A stretch of DNA of 64,000 nucleotides from a virus: positions 43,310 through 107,309 of IMG/VR virus record IMGVR_UViG_3300047558_000238; one strand, written 5' to 3'. The notes beneath the pieces were generated by a model. The model saw nothing but the letters and a program-made list of their open reading frames with translations. It was not told the DNA's origin and searched no databases. Position 1 is the stretch's first letter. Each line of letters opens with the position of its first letter. This document shows, in pieces, positions 7,711 to 17,900 of this stretch. Made by a program: the position numbers and the translations under genes.

Positions 7711-10326
7711 ATGGGAGACTGGGAGTCTGCAAATGGTCGCCTTGGTAAAGGTGCTTTGTGGTATGCCAACCAAGGCTGGAAGATTCTTCCAGTGCACGGT
7801 ATCTCGAGAGATGGTCGCTGTACCTGCGGTAAGTCGCACGCTGACCCTAAAGAGATCGGTAAGCACCCGGCTATCCCTTCATGGAACTCTGAAGCATCAT
7901 CAGATACAGACAAGATAAGCGCGTGGTGGTCCGAGAACCCAGACTACAACGTAGGTGTTTTCTGTAAGGCATCTGGATTTTTAGTCATCGATATTGACCC
8001 ACGCTCCGGCGGAGATGAGTCGTTCCTAAAGCTCGAAGAACGTGCCGAGGGAGCACTTCCGCCAACTGTTGAAGCTATTACTGGCGTATATACAGTACGT
8101 GGAAAAGCTGTTCGTGGACGTCACCTAATTTATAGGTGTGACCCTGATGAAAAATTCATTGGTAACTTTAAAAAAGAAGGCCTAGACGGTATTGACGTCA
8201 AGCACAATGGGTATATTCTTCTTTCCCCGTCACGCCACTTTTCAGGACTCACCTATGACTGGAAGCCTGGCCATGCACCGTGGGAGCGAGAGATTGCTGA
8301 AGCACCTGAAGAACTTCTTGCTGTAGTTCGTGCCAAGTCTCTGCGCCGTAATGCTACGGGGGGTAGCTCAACTTACCGCGATGGTAGCTGGGATTGGCTG
8401 ACCGACCTGGAGTTTGCTGGCGAAAAAGTTGACGTCGACAAGATTATGGAAGAAGGCCTCGTTGAAGGCCAGCGTGCGGTTGAGATTTATCGACTAGCCT
8501 GCGCTCTTGCAAATAAGTACGGAACAACTGAAACAGACCGTCTCGCAATTGAATCGATGATGATTCGCTTCAACCACGAGATGGTTAAGCCCCCTATGGA
8601 GCTTGAGGGCCAGAACTCTCTACTTATGCACGTTCACCGTGCTATCGATTTTGTGGCTGCCAACCCTAAGGTCAACCTCAAGTGGGATGGTCTGGGTGAA
8701 TGGGTAAGCAAGCAAGGTATGTCATGGGCCGAGCGTTCTCAGGGGGAGGGTGTTCCTAATGCCGCTTCACCATCTGTAGGTCCTGATTTTGTAGGCAATC
8801 AGATTGCCATCAATATCGAGCAGGGTATGTCAGTTTCCGAGGCAGTTAGCAACGGCAACCTAGATGTTCCTCAGGATGTCGATGCTATTGAAGCTGAAGA
8901 TGGTGGACGTCCTGGCTACCGTACCCTCACTGATGTTGGTAATGGACGTCGACTTGTCGACACGTTCTCATCATCAATTCGCTATTCTGCTGGTCTTGGC
9001 TGGTTCTATTGGGACGGCAACTATTGGAAGCCAGACGTTGAAGAACTTGAAGTTCGAGAGCTCTCTAAGCGTGTAGCTGCAGTTATTGCAGGTGAAGTAG
9101 TTCAGTTCCCTATGAACGACTCTAAGGTCAATGAGCTGGTCTCCTGGGCGAAGCAGGCTAAATCAAACACTCGTCTGAATAACATGCTGAAGAGCGCCAA
9201 CACAGATAAGCGAATTGTCGTAGATGTAGAACGCTGGGATAGCGATGCTCAGCTTCTCGGTGTTGCCAATGGTGTTGTAAACCTAAAGACTGGTGAGCTC
9301 TATAAGGGCAGGCCAGACCTCTACATCACTCGTAAAGCACCTGTTGCGTACACTCCTGGCCTCCGTAATGTCCGCTGGGAGCAGTATGTTGACTTTGTTA
9401 CTGGTGGCGATAAAGAGCTTCAGGATTGGCTACAGAAGGCTGTAGGCTACACGCTTACAGGTCTAAATAGCCAAGACGTGCTCTTCTTGGTTTACGGCCC
9501 TCCAGGCTCTGGTAAGACTACTTTCGTTGAGACAATCTATAACGCACTTGGTATGCATGAATACGCTTGGAAGCTGAACTCTGATGTTCTCGCTGCTGGC
9601 GACAGCCACGGCAGTCGTAGCGACGAGTATCACATGGCAGAGCTTCGTGGTCGTCGCATGATCTGGGTAGATGAGCTTCCTGAGTCAGAGCGTCTAAAAG
9701 AAAACAAGGTTAAGCAGCTAACTGGTTCTGGCCAGATTGAAGCTCGATCACCTGGTGGACGTCCATTCACATTCAGCTCTCAAGGCAAGATGTGGATTAC
9801 CACAAACCACCGCCCTATTATTACGGACGATGCTATGTGGCGTCGTCTACGTCCTATCCCGATTACCAACATCCCTGAGAACCCAGACCCTGAGCTGCGT
9901 CCGTATCTTTCTGACCCAGATGGCGGTCTTCCTGCCGTTCTAGCCTGGGCCGTTGAGGGTGCAATTAAGTATCTAAATTCTTCAGCAAAGGATCCGCTTG
10001 GCTGGTGTAGCGTTGTTGGCGAGGCTGCCGAGATGTATCGCAAGAATGAAGACCGTATTGGTACCTTCTTGGAGGAAGAGACTAATGCTTCTCACGGTGG
10101 CAGTCTGCAGCTAAAGCAGCTGTACGCTATCTACCGTATGTGGTCAGAAGAGCGTGGTGAGCGTGCAATGACCCAGATTGGATTCCAGCGTAAACTTTCA
10201 GACCGTGGCGAAACTATCATTGGTCAAGGCTCGCGTGCTGAGATTAAGAACCGTGTTCTGATTCCACGAGTAGTCTCTAGCGGAGAAGTTGACTGGTCAA
10301 TGCAGACAAGATTTGCTGGGCTATAG
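7711..10326 (+). CDS. Bifunctional primase-polymerase fused to D5-like SF3 helicase
   Basis: GKHP, VIDIDPRSGG, H.IY and PS.H prim-pol motifs; TDVGNGRRL; Walker A GPPGSGKT; TTNHRP, AMWRRL. Confidence 0.9.
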   Translation: MGDWESANGRLGKGALWYANQGWKILPVHGISRDGRCTCGKSHADPKEIGKHPAIPSWNSEASSDTDKISAWWSENPDYNVGVFCKASGFLVIDIDPRSGGDESFLKLEERAEGALPPTVEAITGVYTVRGKAVRGRHLIYRCDPDEKFIGNFKKEGLDGIDVKHNGYILLSPSRHFSGLTYDWKPGHAPWEREIAEAPEELLAVVRAKSLRRNATGGSSTYRDGSWDWLTDLEFAGEKVDVDKIMEEGLVEGQRAVEIYRLACALANKYGTTETDRLAIESMMIRFNHEMVKPPMELEGQNSLLMHVHRAIDFVAANPKVNLKWDGLGEWVSKQGMSWAERSQGEGVPNAASPSVGPDFVGNQIAINIEQGMSVSEAVSNGNLDVPQDVDAIEAEDGGRPGYRTLTDVGNGRRLVDTFSSSIRYSAGLGWFYWDGNYWKPDVEELEVRELSKRVAAVIAGEVVQFPMNDSKVNELVSWAKQAKSNTRLNNMLKSANTDKRIVVDVERWDSDAQLLGVANGVVNLKTGELYKGRPDLYITRKAPVAYTPGLRNVRWEQYVDFVTGGDKELQDWLQKAVGYTLTGLNSQDVLFLVYGPPGSGKTTFVETIYNALGMHEYAWKLNSDVLAAGDSHGSRSDEYHMAELRGRRMIWVDELPESERLKENKVKQLTGSGQIEARSPGGRPFTFSSQGKMWITTNHRPIITDDAMWRRLRPIPITNIPENPDPELRPYLSDPDGGLPAVLAWAVEGAIKYLNSSAKDPLGWCSVVGEAAEMYRKNEDRIGTFLEEETNASHGGSLQLKQLYAIYRMWSEERGERAMTQIGFQRKLSDRGETIIGQGSRAEIKNRVLIPRVVSSGEVDWSMQTRFAGL

Positions 10327-10347
10327 GTAGATCAAACCTATATAGGT

Positions 10348-10614
10348 TTATAGCTCTTTTGGCGCTGTGCCCCAGTGGCCGATTGGGCAGTAGGCATTAG
10401 GTAGCTTAGTTTTTAGATTCATAAAACAGCCGCACTTCCTGCACTGCTTGCTGATCTTAAATAAAAATGGGCACTGTAAACATATCGACATGCGCTCTTC
10501 AGCTACTTCATCAGATACTCTACCTACCTCAGAGTCTAGTAGGTCCCATGGCTTTGCGCTTTTTCTTAGCTCTTCTGGGCTCGGTAGCGGTGGGATCTCA
10601 GGTAGTTGGCTCAT
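10348..10614 (-). CDS. DUF6171-like small Cys-rich protein
   Basis: ER.SIC.QCP...QCRKCGCFM..KTKL...CP.GHW. Confidence 0.7.
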   Translation of the reverse strand: MSQLPEIPPLPSPEELRKSAKPWDLLDSEVGRVSDEVAEERMSICLQCPFLFKISKQCRKCGCFMNLKTKLPNAYCPIGHWGTAPKEL

Positions 10615-10951
10615 TGTCTATAAACTTTCCGTCTATATATCTAGATCCTATTTTAGCAGTAGCTGTAGTATCATCAACTAGAACAAATGTTGGCTGTGCC
10701 AAAAATATATCTGCTAGAGAGTCCTGGGCTCTTAGGATATCATAAACTTCACCATCTAGAACCATTGCAATGGTATGTACCGATGGTCCGCTTAGGTTCT
10801 TCTTCTGTTCCAGTGAGTACTGACTCTCTGTGCCGCTGCCATGGCTGTGTTGATGTTCCTTCGAAAAAGTATTTTTTAGCTTCTGCAGGAATGATACTTG
10901 ACTGGCTAATCCAGCCTGCTTTGGGGTAGGTATCTTATGTCTTGGCTTCAT
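10598..10951 (-). CDS. Hypothetical protein, paralog of 11645-11878
   Basis: Shared A..[LI][DN]..VY...R....LA.[IV]F..QPTF[VI].VD core; TAATG coupling at 10951. Confidence 0.65.
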   Translation of the reverse strand: MKPRHKIPTPKQAGLASQVSFLQKLKNTFSKEHQHSHGSGTESQYSLEQKKNLSGPSVHTIAMVLDGEVYDILRAQDSLADIFLAQPTFVLVDDTTATAKIGSRYIDGKFIDNEPTT

Positions 10952-11640
10952 TAGTCGTACTTTTTTCTGTGCCACATGGTGCGCTTATAGTTAAAGTCTT
11001 TTGTTCGTGCTAGATAAGCAAAGTAGCCTAAGTTTCTAAGGGCCTTGCTGCTAGCTGAGCGTATCTGCATTTTCCAGTCGTAGCGCTTGATAGGGATCAA
11101 CTGGGCTATAGGAGTTCCTTTAGGGATAACCCCTTCAAAATCTTCTTTTATGAAAAACGGAATGTTGCCAGCGTTAAAAAATACATCTGAATCGATGATA
11201 CCAGAGGTCACGTGGAAAGGTAGATCTTCTCTATTTAGTGGATGGGTCAGTAACACACTGAATCCACGGGGAGCCTTAAAATTCCAGAAACCTGTAAATG
11301 CGAGATGGTTTGGCGCGAATCCTGGCAGTCTAGGCATTGTCTCGCCTAGTGCTGCTGGACGTTCGTTAATTATTTGACCAAGAGGGTTTTCCGGGTATGA
11401 AAAAAATATGTTTCCATCTTTTTTAGAGACTTCAATATCAAAAGGAATAGTTAACACATATCCGGTAATCATCGCATCTAAAAAAGGCATACACTGTTTA
11501 AGTCCAGCTGATTTTTCACCTGTAGCGGTTAAAAAATGGCTTTCTGCAGACTTATACCACCCGGGTAGCGCTCTTTTAGTAGGTACTGGTCTTCCGTATT
11601 CAACTAAGTCTTTAGCGATAAAAAACTTTAGAAGTTTCAT
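10951..11640 (-). CDS. DUF6065-like protein with dUTPase-fold-like motifs
   Basis: K.C.PFLDA..GY, GIIDSD, IPKGTPIAQLIP; paralog of 22530-23261. Start moved to ATG 11640. Confidence 0.65.
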   Translation of the reverse strand: MKLLKFFIAKDLVEYGRPVPTKRALPGWYKSAESHFLTATGEKSAGLKQCMPFLDAMITGYVLTIPFDIEVSKKDGNIFFSYPENPLGQIINERPAALGETMPRLPGFAPNHLAFTGFWNFKAPRGFSVLLTHPLNREDLPFHVTSGIIDSDVFFNAGNIPFFIKEDFEGVIPKGTPIAQLIPIKRYDWKMQIRSASSKALRNLGYFAYLARTKDFNYKRTMWHRKKYD

Positions 11641-11644
11641 AAAC

Positions 11645-11878
11645 CTATGGCTTGCTGAAAGTTCCAGTAACTGGGTCGTAAATGTCGCCAGCCTCCACTG
11701 GGTCGTTAACATCTACCTGAATAAATGTTGGCTGGCCACTAAAGACCGAAGCAAGTTGAGCATCTGTTCGCATTCTTTGGTAGACAACATTATTGATAAT
11801 TAGTGCAAAACCATATTCGTTTGCGCTCTGCTGAGGCTGGCCTGGCGATTCTAGAGGCGGAATGCTTGGTAAAGTCAT
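11645..11878 (-). CDS. Hypothetical protein, paralog of 10598-10951
   Basis: Directly follows the Cys-rich gene; QPTF motif. Confidence 0.65.
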   Translation of the reverse strand: MTLPSIPPLESPGQPQQSANEYGFALIINNVVYQRMRTDAQLASVFSGQPTFIQVDVNDPVEAGDIYDPVTGTFSKP

Positions 11879-11879
11879 T

Positions 11880-12689
11880 TTAGTTCCTATCTATTGATAT
11901 CTTATTAATTGTACTACCCTGGCCGTATGAGCTAGGGCTGATTGCTAATCCAAATCGTTTTGTTTTTGTTGGATTGTCTGCTGCATAAGTTAGGTCAGAG
12001 CCAATTTGGCTAGAAAAATTGTAGTCAGAGTAAGCTTGAATCGTAATAACATTATTTGAAGTTTTTACTCTAAATGCCGAGATTAACGTAGATACAGCCT
12101 GAGACCACATGACGGATATCGAACCGGATACTGACTTAAGTATTCTCAGATACTGGGGGTAGCAGGTGCTACATGAAGTTCCAGAGCAGGTGCTACATGA
12201 AGTTCCAGAGCAGGTTTGACAAGTAGTTGTTGTGCCCCCGCCGGTATAGTAGATGCAATAGAAGCCAGTCCAAAATCCGCAGGTAGGTGCAGTATAGGAG
12301 TCAACACAGTTGCAACTATATGAGTAGTTGTAGCAGTTGCAACTATATGAGTAGTTGTAGCAGTTGCAACTTTCTGCTTGACTATATTTTTGTACCCCCC
12401 ACCAACTATTGGATTCAGTCACCCAGAGGGAGACCATGGCCCCTTGATCTGGAGCGGCTAGTTCTACAGATACATTTTCTACGCCCATGTCTGTAGTCAT
12501 CATTGGATATGTTCCAGCACCAGTAACTGTAGTCAGCTTATTGCTTACAATGCTAAATGTTCCTGCTGCTATATCCCATTTGCTGCCATCAGTAGCAACT
12601 CCAGGACTGTTTGTTATGTCAGCTCTAGTGAAAGTATCAACAAACTTTTTTCTTACAGCTTGAGCTTTGATGCCTATTGACGGTCTCAC
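11880..12689 (-). CDS. Putative virion tip protein with Cys-ladder insertion
   Basis: Beta-rich body; 3x CNC, C-x7-C, 3x CxxC; TAGTG coupling to the upstream fibre gene. Confidence 0.6.
   Translation of the reverse strand: MRPSIGIKAQAVRKKFVDTFTRADITNSPGVATDGSKWDIAAGTFSIVSNKLTTVTGAGTYPMMTTDMGVENVSVELAAPDQGAMVSLWVTESNSWWGVQKYSQAESCNCYNYSYSCNCYNYSYSCNCVDSYTAPTCGFWTGFYCIYYTGGGTTTTCQTCSGTSCSTCSGTSCSTCYPQYLRILKSVSGSISVMWSQAVSTLISAFRVKTSNNVITIQAYSDYNFSSQIGSDLTYAADNPTKTKRFGLAISPSSYGQGSTINKISIDRN
12161..12215. repeat. 24-nt perfect tandem repeat, about 2.3 copies (CSGTSCST)
   Basis: AGCAGGTGCTACATGAAGTTCCAG twice plus a partial copy. Confidence 0.95.
12307..12371. repeat. 27-nt perfect tandem repeat, about 2.4 copies (SCNCYNYSY)
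   Basis: CAGTTGCAACTATATGAGTAGTTGTAG twice plus a partial copy. Confidence 0.95.
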
Positions 12690-13405
12690 TATGCCACCGT
12701 ATCCCCAAACAATACCCACAAGTCAGTGCCGCGCTTGTAAAGCGTAGCGGATGACCACTGAGCACGCAGTTTATTTCCAGGAGTATAGTTTAGGGTTACA
12801 CCAGCACCCGGTGACACGGTAACTTGACCTGCTCCAGTTTGCATAATTGATATCGTTGATCCAACTGCTATAGCAGCTGAAGAATTAGGCGGAACTGTGA
12901 CAGTTATTGCAGCCGAGTTGTTTAACTCGATAAAGTAGGCAACATCGCCTGCAACTAAAGTATATGAAGTTCCAGTTTGGTTGTTTACTGGATAAGTAAG
13001 TGAGGCTTTAGAGTTCAACTGTGTCTGTATCGGTGAGGTTACACCGCTAGCGTAGTTTAGCTCAGTGGTGGTTACAGTTGCGCCATCTAGAATGTTAAGT
13101 TCTGCTGCTGTTGCCGTAACTCCCTCTACACCGGGGCCTGTCGGTCCAATCGGTCCTTGAATTCCGTCTGCTCCTGCTGGTCCAGTTGGTCCCATTGGGC
13201 CAGCTGCTCCATCTGCACCTGGTAGCCCATCGGCACCAGGTAGCCCGTCAGCACCCGTGGCACCAGTGGGTCCAGTTGGTCCGGTAGGGCCAACCACCAT
13301 AGCTGTATTTGATGCCTTCCAGAAGGTGCCATTCCATGTCCAAGACTGGTCACCTAAAACATACGTCTGCCCTACAGTAGGGGTGTTAGGGAAATTGATT
13401 GGCAT
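12689..13405 (-). CDS. Short collagen-like fibre protein with C-terminal adaptor domain
   Basis: About 18 Gly-X-Y triplets; C-terminal QTGAGQVT...KLR.QWSSATL.KR domain shared with 27863-30484. Confidence 0.75.
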   Translation of the reverse strand: MPINFPNTPTVGQTYVLGDQSWTWNGTFWKASNTAMVVGPTGPTGPTGATGADGLPGADGLPGADGAAGPMGPTGPAGADGIQGPIGPTGPGVEGVTATAAELNILDGATVTTTELNYASGVTSPIQTQLNSKASLTYPVNNQTGTSYTLVAGDVAYFIELNNSAAITVTVPPNSSAAIAVGSTISIMQTGAGQVTVSPGAGVTLNYTPGNKLRAQWSSATLYKRGTDLWVLFGDTVA

Positions 13406-13406
13406 A

Positions 13407-13736
13407 TTACACTAGACCTCTCGATAAAGCATCAATCTCTAGGTCGGTTAGCCCAGCGATATCTTTTAATTTCTGTCTAGCAGTAATAGGGGCTGATATT
13501 TTCTCTAACTCTTCTGTAGTTAGATCACGTAAAGTCCATACTTGACGCCATACCCCATCAATTTCCTGTGGAAAGAGCTCCTGAAGAACTTTACCATCTA
13601 TCAATGCAGGTGGATCAGTTGGTTTTACTAATGTCCACCCTGTAGGTAGACCAAACTCTGGTTCCCAGTCGGGGTTGGCAACTTTGATATCACCAATGTG
13701 TCGTGGATACTCATTATTAGGGCTGATGTATAGCAT
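13407..13736 (-). CDS. Hypothetical protein, possibly a fibre assembly chaperone
   Basis: [16 protein letters not shown] pattern; coupled to the beta-propeller gene. Confidence 0.5.
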   Translation of the reverse strand: MLYISPNNEYPRHIGDIKVANPDWEPEFGLPTGWTLVKPTDPPALIDGKVLQELFPQEIDGVWRQVWTLRDLTTEELEKISAPITARQKLKDIAGLTDLEIDALSRGLV

Positions 13737-14974
13737 TATCCTACTTCCGTACCTATATAGTTTACCGCTGCGCTAACCGACTGGTTGGTCACAGAATATG
13801 ACGATGCAACTGAAGAAAATCCTGGGTTTGCATAGCTAAATCCAGCGGTATTGTAATTAAATGATGGGGTAGTCACTTGTAGTGATGACGTGGCGTAGCT
13901 AAATCCTGAGTATGCTCCTAGCCCGGAGCCGTCGCCTTTTAATTTTGTAACGGCCGCTGTTCCCATTATTGCCACGGTACTATCTGGAGCAACGTGCATT
14001 CTGAGCCAGCCCATGATAACGTTGAGCTTTCTAATGAACTGAATTGTTCCGCTACTGTTGAATTTAGCAAATCCGCCACCATAGTTTGGGTAGTCGGTAT
14101 TGTTGTTGTCCTGATAAAAGCTTATATATACGTTTCCAGCACTATCTACTCCAGGAGTAGCATAGTCATTATAGCTATATACACCTGGAATCTCTAGCTG
14201 CCTTGCCCACTGCATGGTGCCTGAGCTGTTGTACTTAACAATAAATGAGTGCCTTGTAGAGCCAGACATCCCGGAGACGTACACATTCCCGGAGGTATCT
14301 ACAGTGCAGCCCATCCCCCACATTGTCTGTCCATCGGTTGGAGTTATGGTTCTTTGCCACTGAACTACGCCGTTACCTCCAGCATACGCTGTAACGTGAA
14401 CTCCGGCTCCACCGCTATATGTTCCTGCTGCTACAGCAATCCCTGCGGATGCACTATAACCTATACCGTTATAGTAGCTACTTGGTGTAGTTAGGTACTG
14501 CGACCAAACCATATTTCCACTACTGTCTAGGCAAGATACGACAGGGTAGTCTGATCCACCAGTATTGTATTGTCCGCAGATGTATGTGGTTCCAATAGTG
14601 TTAGTTACGCTAGCTTGAGCAGAGCTTACAGTGGCATTTGTTGCTAGCTGCCTCTGCCACTGAATTACTCCATCAGAGTTATACTTAGCTGCAAAAAATG
14701 ATCCAGAACCGGCAATATATACATTTTCTGAGCTATCTAGACTCAACCCTTGAGTATTGCTCGGGTTAATTCTTCTACCCCAGACAACTTCACCATTTTT
14801 ATTTAGCTTTATGGTTGTGCTGTATGTTTGGTAGTAGACATTTCCTAGTGCTCCAGTAGTTGCTACACCATACCCAGAGCCAGTTCCCTGGACCACCCAG
14901 TAAAGTCCGAGTATGCGTTTTAGTCTGCCCCATGCGGCAGCTCCGCTATTCCCTAGAGTCTGTAGTAGTGGCAT
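13736..14974 (-). CDS. Beta-propeller repeat protein, putative adhesin/tip
   Basis: Repeated D.SGNVY.SG...KYNS.G..QW.R blades. Confidence 0.75.
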   Translation of the reverse strand: MPLLQTLGNSGAAAWGRLKRILGLYWVVQGTGSGYGVATTGALGNVYYQTYSTTIKLNKNGEVVWGRRINPSNTQGLSLDSSENVYIAGSGSFFAAKYNSDGVIQWQRQLATNATVSSAQASVTNTIGTTYICGQYNTGGSDYPVVSCLDSSGNMVWSQYLTTPSSYYNGIGYSASAGIAVAAGTYSGGAGVHVTAYAGGNGVVQWQRTITPTDGQTMWGMGCTVDTSGNVYVSGMSGSTRHSFIVKYNSSGTMQWARQLEIPGVYSYNDYATPGVDSAGNVYISFYQDNNNTDYPNYGGGFAKFNSSGTIQFIRKLNVIMGWLRMHVAPDSTVAIMGTAAVTKLKGDGSGLGAYSGFSYATSSLQVTTPSFNYNTAGFSYANPGFSSVASSYSVTNQSVSAAVNYIGTEVG

Positions 14975-14982
14975 ATGTAATC

Positions 14983-17900
14983 CTACGCGAACTTAGCTTG
15001 GCTAGCTAGAACAGTAAATGTGTTAGTAGCTGTCTTAATAATAGTGTAGGTGTACATGTCAATAGAGCTAGCGTTTCCGCTAGAAGGAGCAGTTCCACCT
15101 ACCCATTTAGGGGTCACAGCCGTTCCATCGATTTGGTACGACGTTGGGTAGTATGGGGTAGTTCCGTTTGTAATCAGTAGTGCGCATGTCACTGACTGAT
15201 TTACTGACATAAATGCATCCAGGCTTGTGGCACCATCGTAATAGAAGTTAACTATTCCGTTGCCAGCTGCCGCTACAGTGTAGAACTGAACTGCACCATC
15301 TACTAACTTAAATGCACCTCCAGCAAATCCAGTAGCTGTTGCATATACGCCTTCCTTGGTTTGTGAAGTCAGCACTGGGCTAATGAGTGTCTTATTAGAT
15401 AGCGTCTGCGTTCCAGGAATTGTTACATATGTAGATGTGTCTGGAGCAGGGCCAGTTGCACCAGTAGGTCCAATTGGACCTTGAATACCTTGAACACCCT
15501 GAGGGCCTGCAGGGCCAGTGTCTCCAGTTGCACCAGTTAAACCCTGAACACCTTGAGCACCAGTTGCTCCAGTTGCTCCAGTTGGGCCGGTCGGGCCCAT
15601 ATCTCCGGCAACAGCTTCTGCCCAGAAGCCGTCGATATATGTGAGTAGAGTTCCAGTCGCGGTGTCGACCCATACGTCTCCTACGGAAGGCGATGTCGGG
15701 GCTACGTCTGAAACATAGAATTTACCGTCTGCACCTGTAGGACCAGTTGGTCCATCTAGTCCGTCGATACCGGCCGCGCCAGTAGGCCCAGTAGGGCCAG
15801 TTGCTCCTTGAACTCCAGTTGCACCAGTTGGACCTGTCGGACCAGTTGGGCCAATAGCACCAGCACTAATGGTTGTCCTAACGTTTGATGCCTTACCGTC
15901 TTCAAAATAGATGGTGGTAGTGCTATTAGAGTTTCCATATCCAGTAGGTCGGATTGCATAGTACTTAAAGACAAGTCTGTCAGTCAAATCAATTGATGCT
16001 GCAACTGATCGTACATACTGATAAGAAATCTCTTCAATGGTAGTGTTGCTGTGCAGTTCAGAGTCTACAGTTGAAAGTAGAGTCTCGCTCCCTCCGCTAG
16101 GTCCGCACTTATAGACTTCAGTGCGGAACTTAACACTGCCAGAGTCTACAAGCATGTGTAGGGAGTTGACTCCGATTCCTGTTGGAATATTAGTCACACC
16201 AGGAACTCCGACTGGAGTGGCAAATGCTCCAATTAGGTATGGAGTATCTGCCAGAGATAGCTGAATAGTGTAGCTAGTAAGCGCATTTACTGAAGGGCTT
16301 TCACCTGCAATAAAGTATCCAGTTAGGTCAGAGGTATCAGTTCTATTTAGATAGAAAGTTCTACCAGCTGCACCACCCTGAGGTCCTGTCGGTCCAGTGG
16401 CACCAGTCGGTCCGGTCGGGCCAACTACCTGAGAGTTAGTCCAGACGCCAGTAGCCGAGTTATATCTAAGAACGTCACCATCAACTAGAGTGCTTAGATT
16501 TACATCGTGAAGCTCGTCTAGCTCTAGACCATTGGCTACCTTTACATAGATAGACCCGGTTGTGGCTGATTTACGGACTAGGACACCAACCATAACCCCA
16601 TGAGCTGGAGCTTCTGGCCGCTGAGTAGTCATGGTTCCAGCAGTTTCTGATAGCCAAAGGACTGCACCTTCGCTATAGTTACTAACTATTCCACCGAATC
16701 CAACATAGTTAGATGTATCTATGTCTCTAACTAGACCATTAAGGGTCACATATCCTTCACCAGCCACTGCAATATCTTCTGTAGCGATACCAACAGTAGC
16801 TGTAGACTGCAACTCGGTAGAGGCGTCTGCCAAAATAACTTCTGGTCTAGTGCCATTTGCGCCACTAAGAGCGACAACTGACCCATTGGTGATAGTTGAC
16901 CCGGTAGCGTTGTAGACCTTCATCACGAACTCTTGGCCAACCTGGAGGGTTACGTTGTTACCGCCAAGACGAAGGTTTAGCGTACCATCAGCCTCGTTCC
17001 AGGCTAGCTCGCCTGGATTCGAGACACCGTTAACATACGTGGTGTCAAATCCCAGCTTGTCTAGTCCAGAGATTGAAGTTATTTCGGTAACAGCTCCGGA
17101 TGGCATAGGCCCTGTTGCACCAGTTGCACCAGTTGGTCCAGTTGGTCCAGCAACAGTCGAAGCTGCACCAGTCGGTCCAGTCGCACCAGTCGGACCAGTT
17201 GGTCCAGTCGCACCATCAGCGCCAATGTATCCATCTGCACCCTGAGGACCAGTCGCTCCGGTTGGGCCAGTCGGACCTTCTACACCTTGAGCACCAGTTG
17301 GGCCAGTTGGGCCTACCGGTCCAACAGAACCAGTAGGACCAGTCGGACCATCTACACCCTGAATTCCAGGGACACCTTGAATACCAGCAATACCCTGAGC
17401 ACCGGTAGGGCCTGTTGCTCCGGTAGGACCAGCCAAAGTGCCTGAGTCGACCCAGGATAGTGTTGTCTCTGACCAGATATATAGAACACCACCAGCGATG
17501 CTTGCATCGCCTGGAGTTCCAGTAGGGTGCGCTGCAATGAGCTCTGCATAAGTGTTATGAGCGTCAATGATCTGAATACCTTGACCCTGCGCACCAGTTG
17601 GGCCTGTCGGACCCTGAGCTCCAGTTGCACCTGTCGGTCCAATATTCCCCTGAACACCCTGAGCACCAGTAGCACCCGTTGGTCCAGTAACCCCTTGGGT
17701 TCCAGTTAGGCCTTGAGGCCCCTGAGCTCCCGTCGCACCAGTTGGACCGGCAATACCTTGAATACCTTGAGGACCTGTTGCACCAGTTGGGCCCTGGACA
17801 CCTTGAGCGCCAGTTGCACCAGTTGGTCCAGTGACCATCGATGGGGCACCAGTCGGACCGGTTGGACCCTGAGCTCCTGTTGCACCAGTTGGACCAGTTA

